A stretch of DNA of 64,000 nucleotides from an archaeon (GTDB lineage Archaea; Asgardarchaeota; Thorarchaeia; Thorarchaeales; Thorarchaeaceae): contig JAJRWI010000015.1 of assembly GCA_024276825.1 (NCBI GenBank), forward strand, positions 32,001-96,000, read 5' to 3'. Under the pieces are notes generated by a model, which saw only the letters and a program-made list of their open reading frames with translations, did no database searches and had not been told where the DNA came from. Positions 39,338 through 49,433 of the stretch are shown here, one piece after another. The stretch's first letter is position 1. The number at the start of each line of letters is the position of its first letter. The translations under genes were made by a program, and so were the position numbers.

Positions 39338-39368
39338 GGGGATTATTTCCCCCACTACTTTTTTTTTT
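39338..39368 (+). terminator. Hairpin plus T-tract
   Basis: gggga/tcccc stem then T10. Confidence 0.65.
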
Positions 39369-39410
39369 CTTCAGGATGTTTGATTAGACAGTAAAGTTCT
39401 GAAGGCAGAA

Positions 39411-40048
39411 ATCTGGTCAGACTTGTCATGTTAGTCAGGATTGGAATAATGGCAAGGAATCTTGGGGTATCCACATCCACACTCAGACCTTGGGAACGTC
39501 AGGGCCTTCTTGCTCCCAGCACAAGGACTGCAGGTGGGCACAGACGTTATGAAACCAACCCTACCAAGAATGACCTGTGCAATGGTCCTTCAAGAGCTGT
39601 CATCCACCTCCACAAATCGCATCATTGGTTTTTGTATGAGCTTAAATTGTGTCTGATGAATTGTCTATTGGACTAGCATGTTGGGCATCGAAGAGACCCA
39701 GACGTACGAAGGCCCGAGGGAAGAGAGCATCTTCTCGAAGGAGGTCCTCACCCTCTCATGACCATAAAGCATCAAGTGGGAGAGGGTCCGTGGTGGAAGA
39801 GTACGTACAGACCAGTCTGTACGACGGCGGCCCTGCCATGGTGAGAGATGCGGCAACCCCCACTGTGTCCGGAGATGATACGACCGGGGCAACACAGGGG
39901 GAAGGAGGCCAGTTCTGCGACAATGCAGAAAAAGCCCCTGCGAACACTAGAGTCTATCTGGTGGGTGGTGACACTTGCAGGGGAAGGGCTGAACGCATGA
40001 GTCCTGTTCAGACGAGTTCACCACTGCGCGACAAGTCTGAACAAGATT
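39411..40048 (+). mobile_element. Internally deleted IS607-like element (tnpA 5' fragment, structured right end, no intact tnpB); ends approximate
   Basis: MerR-type HTH MLVRIG..ARNLGVSTSTLRPWERQG..RTAGGHRRY truncated after about 42 aa; 11-bp inverted motif tcagacttgtc 39417-39427 / gacaagtctga 40030-40040. Confidence 0.7.
39428..39553 (+). pseudogene. tnpA: IS607-family serine recombinase TnpA N-terminal fragment
   Basis: HTH present; resolvase YARVS motif absent. Confidence 0.7.
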
Positions 40049-40131
40049 AGGTTGTCAGTAATACCCAGTGTTCGATCAATAGTTTCACTGAGTAGTTATC
40101 TTTAGTGATGTCACCCTTAGTATTCCTTAAC

Positions 40132-41238
40132 TTACCGTTTCAATGTCTCATCCAATTCTTCTAGAGGATTATCAACAAGCCATTCCACGCCAGAACGCCA
40201 AGTCTTGAATTCTGTATCAAAGTTATCAGGATAAAACCAGTAAAGACAACTGTGTTTTCTAACTGTGTCCATAGTGAATACTTGAAGGTTAGGTAGATTT
40301 TCCCAGAGCGTATAGAAGAGGTTATGTTCATGTGATGGTGGCATCCGCCCCCAGAGAACCACGCCAGAATCTGACAATAGATCTATGGAGAGTGGAAAAG
40401 GAGGCGCGAAGTCCTCAAGAAAGGCGTTGAATAGTTGATTTCTTCGCCCTTCATCAGGGTTCCTGCTATAGAACAGCTTTGTGGAGGTGACATCAAACTG
40501 AGACCTGTCAATCTGAGCGCGAATCGACTCGATATAATTGCTCATGATATTGATCACTTTTCGACTCACTGTGCTCTGAGACAAGCCAAGCTTTTTTTGC
40601 AGAGCGCTCTGAGGGATTGTGGCATTTGAAGTCAGTTCTCTTAAGATTATCAGATCGGCAGGGCCAAAATCCAATGTTTCGGGGGGCCTCTCTTTCTGAA
40701 CAGGCAAGATTGTAGATGCAGAAATGATCACTTTTCTCCAAGTAGCCCAGTCATAGTTCCATGACATAGACTGCGGGTCAAAAAACTCCAGGTTCGTTGT
40801 TGTTGATGTCCTATATCCATTGCTCAGATGATAGAAAACATCATCACAGACACCTATCTCTTTTAGCTTGTCAAGAAACTGATATAGCTTGTCTAAGCCC
40901 TTCGTTGGTATGTCGAATTGAGCCATGATCCCCGTAAAAGGCCCATATATCCTAGAGCGATAATGAGTGTATGGATGAACATCGCATGCTACTTCAATTC
41001 CATTCAGTTGATTCTTAGTGTGAGCCTTGAATAGCACAATAACCCGGACCAGACCCAATCGGGAGGGGTTGAACACTGCAACAGGGTTGGATAGTACACC
41101 AGACTTCTTCAATGACTCAATATGCTTGTTTGCAGTGATCCAGCTGGTGTTTGCCTTTTCAGCAATCTCTCGTACTGAGATTGTAGGCTTTAGCTCTATC
41201 AGCTGAAGAATTCTAAGGTCTAATTCTGTAAGCGTCAT
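40132..41238 (-). CDS. Tandem Lrp/AsnC-like winged-helix regulator
   Basis: Two HTH modules (LTELDLRIL..SVREIAEK; ADLIILREL..LGLSQSTVSRKV). Confidence 0.75.
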   Translation of the reverse strand: MTLTELDLRILQLIELKPTISVREIAEKANTSWITANKHIESLKKSGVLSNPVAVFNPSRLGLVRVIVLFKAHTKNQLNGIEVACDVHPYTHYRSRIYGPFTGIMAQFDIPTKGLDKLYQFLDKLKEIGVCDDVFYHLSNGYRTSTTTNLEFFDPQSMSWNYDWATWRKVIISASTILPVQKERPPETLDFGPADLIILRELTSNATIPQSALQKKLGLSQSTVSRKVINIMSNYIESIRAQIDRSQFDVTSTKLFYSRNPDEGRRNQLFNAFLEDFAPPFPLSIDLLSDSGVVLWGRMPPSHEHNLFYTLWENLPNLQVFTMDTVRKHSCLYWFYPDNFDTEFKTWRSGVEWLVDNPLEELDETLKR

Positions 41239-41318
41239 TACCCATCATCTTGTGTTTGAGTTCAGGCAGAAGAGAGGTGTAGAGTCTTGACATACTACAC
41301 CTCCTTGAGCAGTAATGC

Positions 41319-41813
41319 TCATGCAGCTACTTCTAAGGAACCACAGGGATCGGCATCACCTGAGCCGCCCGGAGGATCAAACACATAGTCAGTAGTACCT
41401 GATGTGGCCCCTCCAGTGAATGATACAAGGTCAACTGAGAAGATGTAATCACCAGATTCGAGTGCATGGTTATAGAAGTACATTGTACAATGCAGTATCT
41501 CTAGCCGAGTGTTGATTGTATAGGCATAAGTATACTCGGCGCCAGAAGGTAATTCCAATGATGGATAGATATCAAGGGTGTACCGTCGTGTGCCACTAAG
41601 CTTGATGTCAAAATATGCCACAACATCATCAGCACGACCATCATTGTCTGCATCGGTATATTCTGCTCCAAGAATAGTCAGACTGAGGACAACTCTATCA
41701 TTCGTACTGGAAACTGTCACACTTGACGCGTGCACTGGAGTGATGAATAATCCTAATCCCCCAATCATTAAAAACCCAAGTAGTAGGCTCAGACAAACTG
41801 TGAATTTTGACAT
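41319..41813 (-). CDS. Secreted Ig-like hypothetical protein
   Basis: Signal peptide ending VHA; DADNDGRADD Ca-loop; beta-rich. Confidence 0.65.
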   Translation of the reverse strand: MSKFTVCLSLLLGFLMIGGLGLFITPVHASSVTVSSTNDRVVLSLTILGAEYTDADNDGRADDVVAYFDIKLSGTRRYTLDIYPSLELPSGAEYTYAYTINTRLEILHCTMYFYNHALESGDYIFSVDLVSFTGGATSGTTDYVFDPPGGSGDADPCGSLEVAA

Positions 41814-41893
41814 AATTGGTCGAGAATGTAAGTAAAATATACTATAAAAATATTGTTAAGAATTGACCCACCACAAAAATTGGATGGATGGCC

Positions 41894-41918
41894 CGGTATG
41901 GGGCCCGTCCCCATACCG
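41894..41918 (-). terminator. Perfect 10-bp hairpin downstream of the PLC/P1-like gene
   Basis: cggtatgggg/ccccataccg. Confidence 0.55.
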
Positions 41919-41938
41919 TGAACCAGTCCAAGTTTCAG

Positions 41939-43243
41939 CTATACGATATATGTATCACTTGTTTCGACATTCAGAGTGGGGTCGTAGGTCCAGTCAGTCT
42001 TGGTCACATCAATAACACTCACCATATGTTCACCAGATGCAACATCCTGTTGGATGAAATAGGCAACACCACTGGAGTCAGTTGTCGCAGTCAGTCGAAT
42101 CACAGTACCATCAGGGTGGGTCCAGTCGATTGTGACATCCGCCCCTGAAACCGGGTTGCCATCTGTGTCAACAATTGTGATGAAACATTCAAGGTCGGTG
42201 CGTGGTGTTCTACCATGGATGATCACTTCATTCCATGAGATGTCTTGAACATACATGGTCTGTGTTGTGCCAGAGCCGCCTCCAGAACTATCGCCGGTGA
42301 CTCCTGCCTCAGTGCTAGCATGATAGATGAGTTTACCAATAGATGTGGCACCAAGCTGCATGACTTCTACATTCCATGCATATAGCTGGTCGGTGGTGCC
42401 TTCAACGGTTATTCCATGATGTGTTGTAGTGATCTTATTGGTAAAACCATATACAATCTCTTCAAGAAACTCCTGATAGTGATCGCCAACATCCTGTCCC
42501 TCATAGCCCAGAGTTCGCCCCTCACGGTCAGGACCCATGTTTGCATATTGGGCACACCAGAGAGTTTCAGCGGCTGCACTATCATTCACCAATGGCTCAG
42601 TCACATCAGGGCGTATGGCATCGAACTCGTACTCATAGGCCTCCCAAGCCCTTGTTGTTGCCTTCTCGTGGCAGCTGTGATAGCTCATCCTGTAGAAGTA
42701 CGAACCAACTCTCCCACTGAATTCTTCATGCTCTTTTCCACTATCGCTTGCATCATCATCTGTATGCATCGGATTACAAATATCAGAGAGGTAATGTGTC
42801 AACAACCCCATGGCCTTTCGTGCATCAGATGCATATGAAGAGTCAGCGGGTTGTCCTGCATTCACCCAGAGGGTGAGATTGCCAACCACCCAGTCATAGC
42901 ATGTCTGCACAGCATTTGGGGCACCACGGTCTGGTGGGCCTCCCCTATAGCCATAGTCGCCAAAGTCGTAATTATGATTAGTCCAGTCTTGAAGGACCAT
43001 GTCTGGTACTTCAGTCCAGTAGAGATATTCAGACATGTCCTCCTCAAGCCAAGTAACAAGTTGAGGAAACTGTTCCTTGACATATATCATTCCGTACTTC
43101 GCGAATTGATCATGTGTTCCATAATCAGGGTTACTTGGATCGTTGCTCGCACCGCCATTACTCCAGGCATTGGCCACCGTGGGACCAGTGCCAAGTATCA
43201 TGAGCGAGAGCAAGAACAAAAACAAGAGATGTTTTGATCTCAT
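41939..43243 (-). CDS. Secreted Zn-dependent phospholipase C/S1-P1 nuclease family enzyme with C-terminal Ig-like domain
   Basis: Signal cleavage ANA|W gives the N-terminal Trp ligand; GTHD, VPD, HYLSD..PMH, HSCHE. Confidence 0.8.
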   Translation of the reverse strand: MRSKHLLFLFLLSLMILGTGPTVANAWSNGGASNDPSNPDYGTHDQFAKYGMIYVKEQFPQLVTWLEEDMSEYLYWTEVPDMVLQDWTNHNYDFGDYGYRGGPPDRGAPNAVQTCYDWVVGNLTLWVNAGQPADSSYASDARKAMGLLTHYLSDICNPMHTDDDASDSGKEHEEFSGRVGSYFYRMSYHSCHEKATTRAWEAYEYEFDAIRPDVTEPLVNDSAAAETLWCAQYANMGPDREGRTLGYEGQDVGDHYQEFLEEIVYGFTNKITTTHHGITVEGTTDQLYAWNVEVMQLGATSIGKLIYHASTEAGVTGDSSGGGSGTTQTMYVQDISWNEVIIHGRTPRTDLECFITIVDTDGNPVSGADVTIDWTHPDGTVIRLTATTDSSGVAYFIQQDVASGEHMVSVIDVTKTDWTYDPTLNVETSDTYIV

Positions 43244-43396
43244 CTTTGAGCCTCCAATGAAAATGGGTATATTATATACCTTATTAATATATAGGATTCA
43301 TATTTTACCCAACATTTATTAGGGACTGTATCATACGAAAACCACCAAAATTGACGGACCAGGAGAGGTCAGTCGAGTTGGCAAGGTGAGAAAATA

Positions 43397-44446
43397 GTGA
43401 GAAACAAAACCTACGCAGGACTGGTCTTGTTCTTTCTTGTTGTAGCAGCTTTCCCCATAGTCACAAATGCCATGGCTTTGAACTCAGGCAGAGATGGTTT
43501 TGTGATCTATCCAGGTCCACCATCATGGCTTGGTGGAGGCGATGACACAACAACATACCCATGGCAAGATGATGACCCCGAAACCCCGTGGGGTATCGAG
43601 CGAGTCTTCAATGGAAACTATGACGGAGACCAGCCTACCACTTCCGTACAAGTGGCGATACTTGATACTGGAATCGACCTAGACCACCCAGATCTGGCTC
43701 CGAACATCGCTTGGGCAGTTGATGCTACTGGCGGTGGCAATCCCAATGATGTAAATGGACATGGCACTCATGTTGCAGGCACCATTGGTGCGATCAGGGA
43801 CAATGCCGGAGTTGTTGGCATGTATGCCAATGTTGACATCTATGCAATCAAGGTCTTGGGCAATGGTGGTCGTGGTGACTGGGGTGACCTTGCCACTGGA
43901 ATCTATCTCGCTTGTGCGGGACCTGACGGTGTTGAAGGTAATGCTGATGATGCTGATGTCATTAGCATGAGTCTAGGTGGCTCTTCGGCCCCACAGGAGG
44001 TTCATGATGCAATTATCCATGCATACAACATGGGTATTGTCATCGTTGCTGCAGCTGGAAATGAGGGAGATGGAGACCCATCCACAGAAGAAATCTCATA
44101 CCCTGCAGCATATGCAGAAGTAATTGCAGTTGGTGCAACTGACAAGGACGACAGTATTGCCTCCTTCTCAAACACAGGTTCATATCTTGAAGTGGCAGCA
44201 CCTGGTGTCAGCATCTATAGCACATACAAGAATGGCGGTTATGACACATTATCAGGCACTTCCATGGCATGTCCTCATGTCACTGGTCTTGTGGCCTTGA
44301 TAATCGCAATCAACGGCAAGATGCCTGTTGGCACCTTTGATGACACTGGTACTGACACAATAAGAGGTTACCTTCACAGCACAGCCCTAGACCTTGGCCC
44401 ATCTGGCTGGGATCCAGCTTATGGCTATGGTCTGATTCAGAGATAG
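43397..44446 (+). CDS. Secreted subtilisin-like S8 protease
   Basis: ILDTGID, HGTHVAG, AAAGN, SGTSMACPHV. Confidence 0.95.
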   Translation: MRNKTYAGLVLFFLVVAAFPIVTNAMALNSGRDGFVIYPGPPSWLGGGDDTTTYPWQDDDPETPWGIERVFNGNYDGDQPTTSVQVAILDTGIDLDHPDLAPNIAWAVDATGGGNPNDVNGHGTHVAGTIGAIRDNAGVVGMYANVDIYAIKVLGNGGRGDWGDLATGIYLACAGPDGVEGNADDADVISMSLGGSSAPQEVHDAIIHAYNMGIVIVAAAGNEGDGDPSTEEISYPAAYAEVIAVGATDKDDSIASFSNTGSYLEVAAPGVSIYSTYKNGGYDTLSGTSMACPHVTGLVALIIAINGKMPVGTFDDTGTDTIRGYLHSTALDLGPSGWDPAYGYGLIQR

Positions 44447-44464
44447 ACATTCAGTGATGCATGT

Positions 44465-44514
44465 GGATGCAGGCAGACTCAGTTATTGAACAGCCTGCAT
44501 TCAATCCTTTTTTT
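44465..44514 (+). terminator. Hairpin plus T-tract
   Basis: ggatgcaggc/gcctgcattc then T7. Confidence 0.7.
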
Positions 44515-44533
44515 CAAAGTCTTAATTGTCGAT

Positions 44534-44749
44534 TCACCTGAAGTCTGCCAGTGCGTTTCTTAGTTTATCAATAAAGAACTCATCCTCTTCAAGTCTGCGC
44601 TTGAACTCGCGCCAAGTGGAAGAGCATCTCTTATACTCAATTCCAAGGAGTTCATGAATCTTCTTGTCAATCTCTCGTTTGTTCTCCTTGGTAACTTCAA
44701 CTCCGATCTCCACAAAGATGTCCTTGATGTGCCGGAAATAACATGTCAT
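44534..44749 (-). CDS. Small hypothetical protein
   Basis: MTCYFRH...IDKKIH...CSSTWRE. Confidence 0.6.
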   Translation of the reverse strand: MTCYFRHIKDIFVEIGVEVTKENKREIDKKIHELLGIEYKRCSSTWREFKRRLEEDEFFIDKLRNALADFR

Positions 44750-44851
44750 GATTATCACACTCTGTGATGATAGAGTAATCTTCGTCCGGTGCAATAAATC
44801 CTATGCCAATCCACTTATATATAGTTAAGTTGAGTGTGATGAGGAAGAATC

Positions 44852-45853
44852 ATGAAGTATAGAAGAGTTGGAAAGAGCGGACTGAAGATAAGCGAGCTGT
44901 CATTGGGAACATGGCTCACTTTTGGTGGAACAATGGAGGATGAGGTTGCAGAGCAATGCATCAATACTGCCATTGAAAATGGGATTAACTTCATCGATTC
45001 TGCAGAGATCTATGCCCGAGGTGGTGCTGAAAAGGTCATTGGAGAATGGCTTGCTGAAGAAACTGTTGATAGGAACAAGATTGTGATTTCCAGCAAAGTG
45101 TTCTGGCCCACAAGCGATAATGTTAACGACTGGGGGCTTAACAGAAAAAACATCATGAGTGCCATAGAGGGCACTCTTGAACGTCTGGGCACCGATCACA
45201 TTGACATCTATTTCATGCATCGATTTGATTATACAACGCCGCTGCGCGAAACAGTTGAAGTGGTTGATGACTTGATCCGTTCGGGCATGACGCATTACTG
45301 GGGAACATCAGCCTGGACTGCTGCACAACTTGAGAGGGTTCATGCAATAGCGCGTGAGATAGGCGCACATCCGCCAATTGTTGAACAGCCAATGTATAAT
45401 ATGTTCTTCAGACATATCGAACTTGAGATAATGCGGGTTGCAACCGACCTTGGAATGGGATTCACGGTCTTTAGTCCTCTTGCTCAAGGGCTACTTACGG
45501 GAAAGTACAATGAAGGCATCCCAGAGGGTAGTCGGGGCAGCAGATTTGAGTCCCTCAAGAAGAGGCTCACCCCTGAAACTCTGGCCAAGCTGAAAAAACT
45601 GGCAGAGATCGCGGAGTCGTTGGACATAACCATGAGCCAATTGGGTCTGGCGTGGATACTCAGACGACCCGAGATCTCAGCAGCACTGATAGGCGCATCT
45701 CGACCCGAACATATCATTGAGAATGTGAAGGCCTCCGATGTGAAACTGAACAATAATGTGCTGGAGGAGATTGAAGGAGTTTTGAAAAATAAGCCAGCAT
45801 GGCCTGAAACATACGAGCCAAACATATACTATGAGGACAGGATTAGATATTGA
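44852..45853 (+). CDS. Aldo/keto reductase (Kv-beta-like)
   Basis: SLGTW, IDSAEIY, SSK, MHRFD, FSPLAQGLLTGKY. Confidence 0.92.
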   Translation: MKYRRVGKSGLKISELSLGTWLTFGGTMEDEVAEQCINTAIENGINFIDSAEIYARGGAEKVIGEWLAEETVDRNKIVISSKVFWPTSDNVNDWGLNRKNIMSAIEGTLERLGTDHIDIYFMHRFDYTTPLRETVEVVDDLIRSGMTHYWGTSAWTAAQLERVHAIAREIGAHPPIVEQPMYNMFFRHIELEIMRVATDLGMGFTVFSPLAQGLLTGKYNEGIPEGSRGSRFESLKKRLTPETLAKLKKLAEIAESLDITMSQLGLAWILRRPEISAALIGASRPEHIIENVKASDVKLNNNVLEEIEGVLKNKPAWPETYEPNIYYEDRIRY

Positions 45854-46296
45854 ACCTTAGCGATGAACCGTATTACAAGACTTGGTTGTGGATTCCCAAG
45901 GTCTGGCTAATTACATATGTTGTTGCGGTGTTAGCATCATTTTTTTCAGTGCAGATATTTGGTCCAAGGTCCTATAGAATGGCCATCGGACTCGTTGTAT
46001 TTGGCTTAGGAATTCCCCTGACATTCAAAAGCCTAGTTGGAGTTGGATGTGATGTCAGGTTCCAGATCTGTGCGTTGGTGAAGGGGATGATAGCAGGAGG
46101 AGCTTTCCTCCTTCTAACATTTATTGCCGATCCTCTCACATGGTCAGTGATCAGTCAGCTCGTTGCATGGACCCCGTTGTCAGATCCCATAGAACTCTGG
46201 AGCATCCAGCAGGTCTGGATATTTACTGGACTCTTTGGAGGCTTTGCTGCAAGAGTTGTGGAAGTCAAAAGAATTAATGTCAGTTATCGTAGATGA
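45850..46296 (+). CDS. Hypothetical membrane protein
   Basis: About 4 hydrophobic helices; overlaps both neighbours by 4 nt. Confidence 0.6.
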   Translation: MNLSDEPYYKTWLWIPKVWLITYVVAVLASFFSVQIFGPRSYRMAIGLVVFGLGIPLTFKSLVGVGCDVRFQICALVKGMIAGGAFLLLTFIADPLTWSVISQLVAWTPLSDPIELWSIQQVWIFTGLFGGFAARVVEVKRINVSYRR

Positions 46297-47042
46297 GAGT
46301 TTCAGGCGATTGGAAAGGCTTAATTCAAAAAATCCGAAACGAGATTATTAATATGCAAGAAGACAAATATGATTGGGAAACACTGGACTGGCTCGCAAAT
46401 GCTAGAGAACTTATTCATTGGGCGAATTCAATAGTCGATGGGGTTCCAGTTCTATTGCTGATCAGGCATTCTCACAGAGAGACCATAGAATCTATGGAAG
46501 AGATGGTGGAGAAGAGGATAACGCCACTTGGGAAAGAGATGGCTGTTGAGTTTGGAAAACGACTGCCCACTAATCGTGAACTTGAGATAATGCACAGCTT
46601 CGTCCCAAGATGTAGAGAGACCGCTCATGCAATTGCGGAAGGGTTTGAACAGGTGGGTGGAGAGGTACGCAGTATTGAAGATGTTGTCTTTCTTGTCGGA
46701 CCTCAGGTGTTGGACAGGTCAATCTGGGGCAGGCTTGGGACTGATGGAGAGAGTACTGCAGACTTTGTGAATTACTGGGCTGACGGTAAATTTCCAGAAC
46801 AGAAGATTGAGCCATTTGAACAGTATATCCACAGAGTCAAAGATGAGTTTGTCAAGCGGCTCATAAGTAGTGAGGATAATGCGCTGCATGTTCATGTCAC
46901 TCATGATCTCACGCTTTTGAGTTCAAAACGTCATTTTTTCAGAAATCCCATTGATATAAGCATGAGACCGCCGTATCTTGGTGGTCTGGGGATTACCATT
47001 GAGGGCAACAGACTGATGATCTTTGATCCGATACGTGACTGA
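46293..47042 (+). CDS. Histidine phosphatase superfamily protein
   Basis: LLIRHS, RCRETA, VTHD. Confidence 0.8.
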   Translation: MRVSGDWKGLIQKIRNEIINMQEDKYDWETLDWLANARELIHWANSIVDGVPVLLLIRHSHRETIESMEEMVEKRITPLGKEMAVEFGKRLPTNRELEIMHSFVPRCRETAHAIAEGFEQVGGEVRSIEDVVFLVGPQVLDRSIWGRLGTDGESTADFVNYWADGKFPEQKIEPFEQYIHRVKDEFVKRLISSEDNALHVHVTHDLTLLSSKRHFFRNPIDISMRPPYLGGLGITIEGNRLMIFDPIRD

Positions 47043-47057
47043 GAGGAAGAGCGAGTA

Positions 47058-48287
47058 TCATGGCCAGTCAAATGCTTTGTTCCAAGTGACACTTGAACCA
47101 GAGTAGGGATTTTTGTAGACTGTCTTGTAAAACTCTACGACCTTGTCATTTGATATTGCACGATTAAATGTAGGCAGGACAAAATCTGTTCGGCCAATAT
47201 AGTAAGTGAACACATAGGGTGCCCAGAAATTGGGCTGTCCCTCTTCATTCTCAGGCCGGATGAACATCATAACCGCACTGGCGTACTTGCGGTTCTGAAA
47301 TGTGTGTTCCATAATATAGTCAATCGTGTCTTCAGCAGTGTAGCCTTCATGGTTTACCATTATTGCCGCATTTATCGAGATCATCCGTCTCAAGCGATAG
47401 TATATCTCAGTGGCCTTGATCAGAGGACCATTATCCTTCACTCCCAGAAAGTCCTTGGCAGTATCAGCGGTGCCCTCTGAGATCACGCAACGCCCTGTGT
47501 GCAGTGGGACTATTGAGAGGTCTACAAATCCTCTCTCGCGGTAGAACTTCTCCCTCCACAGGTTTGAAACATGATGTTCATATTCATGATATATGACAGA
47601 GATCATGGAATACTTGTTGAAAGTCCTGTCAACATTGAACTGATTCACTGACTTGAAGTTCCCCATATAGTAGTTATAGCCACTCCAAGGTTGACCAGTG
47701 ACAATCTGATATTCTACACCATTATCAGGGACTGTTTCGCCCATGAGCGAAAAGATGTGATTCTGAAATAATTGGCCGACTTCTACCGTCTTCTGTTGAA
47801 GTTCGCCCAAGATTAGATTCTTGAGAGCATCACCCTGGATCATGCCTTCCAAAGTGAGCCGCCGGATGCGTTTCTCCAAGCTCTCATCAGGAAACTCTGT
47901 GAGTTGTGTGTCCAGTTCATCCAGAGTGTCAATAATGACTTCATCTGGAAATTTCTTCACTTTAATGTGAAACAGTTCACTCACAAGTTTGATGTATTCG
48001 GGATCCCTGTCATCAAGCCATCTGACCACTGATGCTAGTGATCTGGTTTCTCCGAGTAGAAAGTCAAGTCTTATTGATGGAGGTAATTCTTCACGTAGGA
48101 GGTCGAGCAGTTCTAAAAGGTCACTCTCGAGGGTTTCAGCATCCTTGTCATGACTCTGGAGTGTAGGGGACAGTTCTTTGGGTCCAAAGTATGCATCAAC
48201 CACACTGACTCCTGTAAGACGTTTTGTGAAATTTCCGACTTCCCCGCAGAGTTTGACAAACAGGCTTGGAGCATCCATTTCAATCAT
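47058..48287 (-). CDS. DUF885-like zincin metalloprotein
   Basis: HEYEHH followed by SEG. Confidence 0.6.
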   Translation of the reverse strand: MIEMDAPSLFVKLCGEVGNFTKRLTGVSVVDAYFGPKELSPTLQSHDKDAETLESDLLELLDLLREELPPSIRLDFLLGETRSLASVVRWLDDRDPEYIKLVSELFHIKVKKFPDEVIIDTLDELDTQLTEFPDESLEKRIRRLTLEGMIQGDALKNLILGELQQKTVEVGQLFQNHIFSLMGETVPDNGVEYQIVTGQPWSGYNYYMGNFKSVNQFNVDRTFNKYSMISVIYHEYEHHVSNLWREKFYRERGFVDLSIVPLHTGRCVISEGTADTAKDFLGVKDNGPLIKATEIYYRLRRMISINAAIMVNHEGYTAEDTIDYIMEHTFQNRKYASAVMMFIRPENEEGQPNFWAPYVFTYYIGRTDFVLPTFNRAISNDKVVEFYKTVYKNPYSGSSVTWNKAFDWP

Positions 48288-48350
48288 ATGCTGAAGAGAT
48301 TCTAACTGCTATTGACTATTTGCTTTTTAGTAGAGAGATTCATATTATGA

Positions 48351-49433
48351 GTGTTGGAGTATCTAATGGCGAAGATAATGGCAGAGGCTCTTGATCTGAA
48401 GTCATACGACCAGAGAGTCATCATAAAGGGAATACTTCAGGAGAAGACAGGTACAATAGTCAGATGTCATACTTGTAATCATAACTGCAACATCAGAGAG
48501 GGAAGACTTGGAGTCTGCAAGACCAGAGTGAATGTCAATGGAGAGATACTGTCTCTCTGCTACGGCAATGTGTCATCAGTGAGTAACAATCCCATTGAAA
48601 AGAAGCCATTCTTTCACTTTGCCCCAAGCACGAAGGCGCTGACTGTGGGGAGTTGGAGTTGTAACGCATCATGCAGCTTTTGTCAGAATCATGACATCTC
48701 GAAGACTCCACCTACACCAGGCTTATCGAAGTATATGAGTCCGGAGAGTTTTGTCGAGCGGGCAAAGAGAAACAGTGATGGAATATCAATCTCCTTCAAT
48801 GAAGCGGCCACGTTGATGCTGGAATGGAATCTAGAAGTGTTCAGACTCGCGCACGAACAGGGACTTTACAACACAATCGTCACAAATGGATATATGACGA
48901 GAGAAGCCCTCGATTTGATGATAGATGCAGGACTGGATGCTGCCAATGTTGACATAAAGGGATGCAGAAAAGAGGTCCTATCAGAATGCAGTATTGATGT
49001 TGATAGTGTCTGGAGCAATGTTGGTCATATGTTAAAGAGAGGAGTACATGTGGAACTGACAACTCTCGTGGTGCCTGGACTCAGCGACAACATGGAGTGT
49101 GCAAAAGGCATTGCTCAGCGAATTGTTGAGATTGATCCATCAATCCCTTGGCACATCAATAGGTACTTTCCTCACTACAAGTATGGTGCACCTGCAACAT
49201 CAATCGATCTTCTCAAGATGTTGTGGAGTCTTGCAAACAGATTAGGTGTTGAGTTTGTCTACATTGGCAATTTATGGAGGAAAGGCTATGAGGATACTAT
49301 CTGTCCGCAGTGCGGTACCATCTGTTATGAGCGACATGGATTTAGGTCTTTCAACGCAGGAGTAGATGATGATGGACGATGCATTTTTTGTAAGTATGAT
49401 CTTGGTATCAAGTTTTGGAGGAGTTACAAGTAG
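48351..49433 (+). CDS. AmmeMemoRadiSam system radical SAM enzyme (PFL-activase-like)
   Basis: PIEKKPFFHF, CNASCSFCQN, TNGY, NVDIKG. Confidence 0.88.
   Translation: MLEYLMAKIMAEALDLKSYDQRVIIKGILQEKTGTIVRCHTCNHNCNIREGRLGVCKTRVNVNGEILSLCYGNVSSVSNNPIEKKPFFHFAPSTKALTVGSWSCNASCSFCQNHDISKTPPTPGLSKYMSPESFVERAKRNSDGISISFNEAATLMLEWNLEVFRLAHEQGLYNTIVTNGYMTREALDLMIDAGLDAANVDIKGCRKEVLSECSIDVDSVWSNVGHMLKRGVHVELTTLVVPGLSDNMECAKGIAQRIVEIDPSIPWHINRYFPHYKYGAPATSIDLLKMLWSLANRLGVEFVYIGNLWRKGYEDTICPQCGTICYERHGFRSFNAGVDDDGRCIFCKYDLGIKFWRSYK

Noticed and set aside
39649-40050. 133-aa ORF as a real protein or TnpB
   Set aside because: No RuvC or Zn-finger motifs; overlaps the structured element end; at most a decayed tnpB tail
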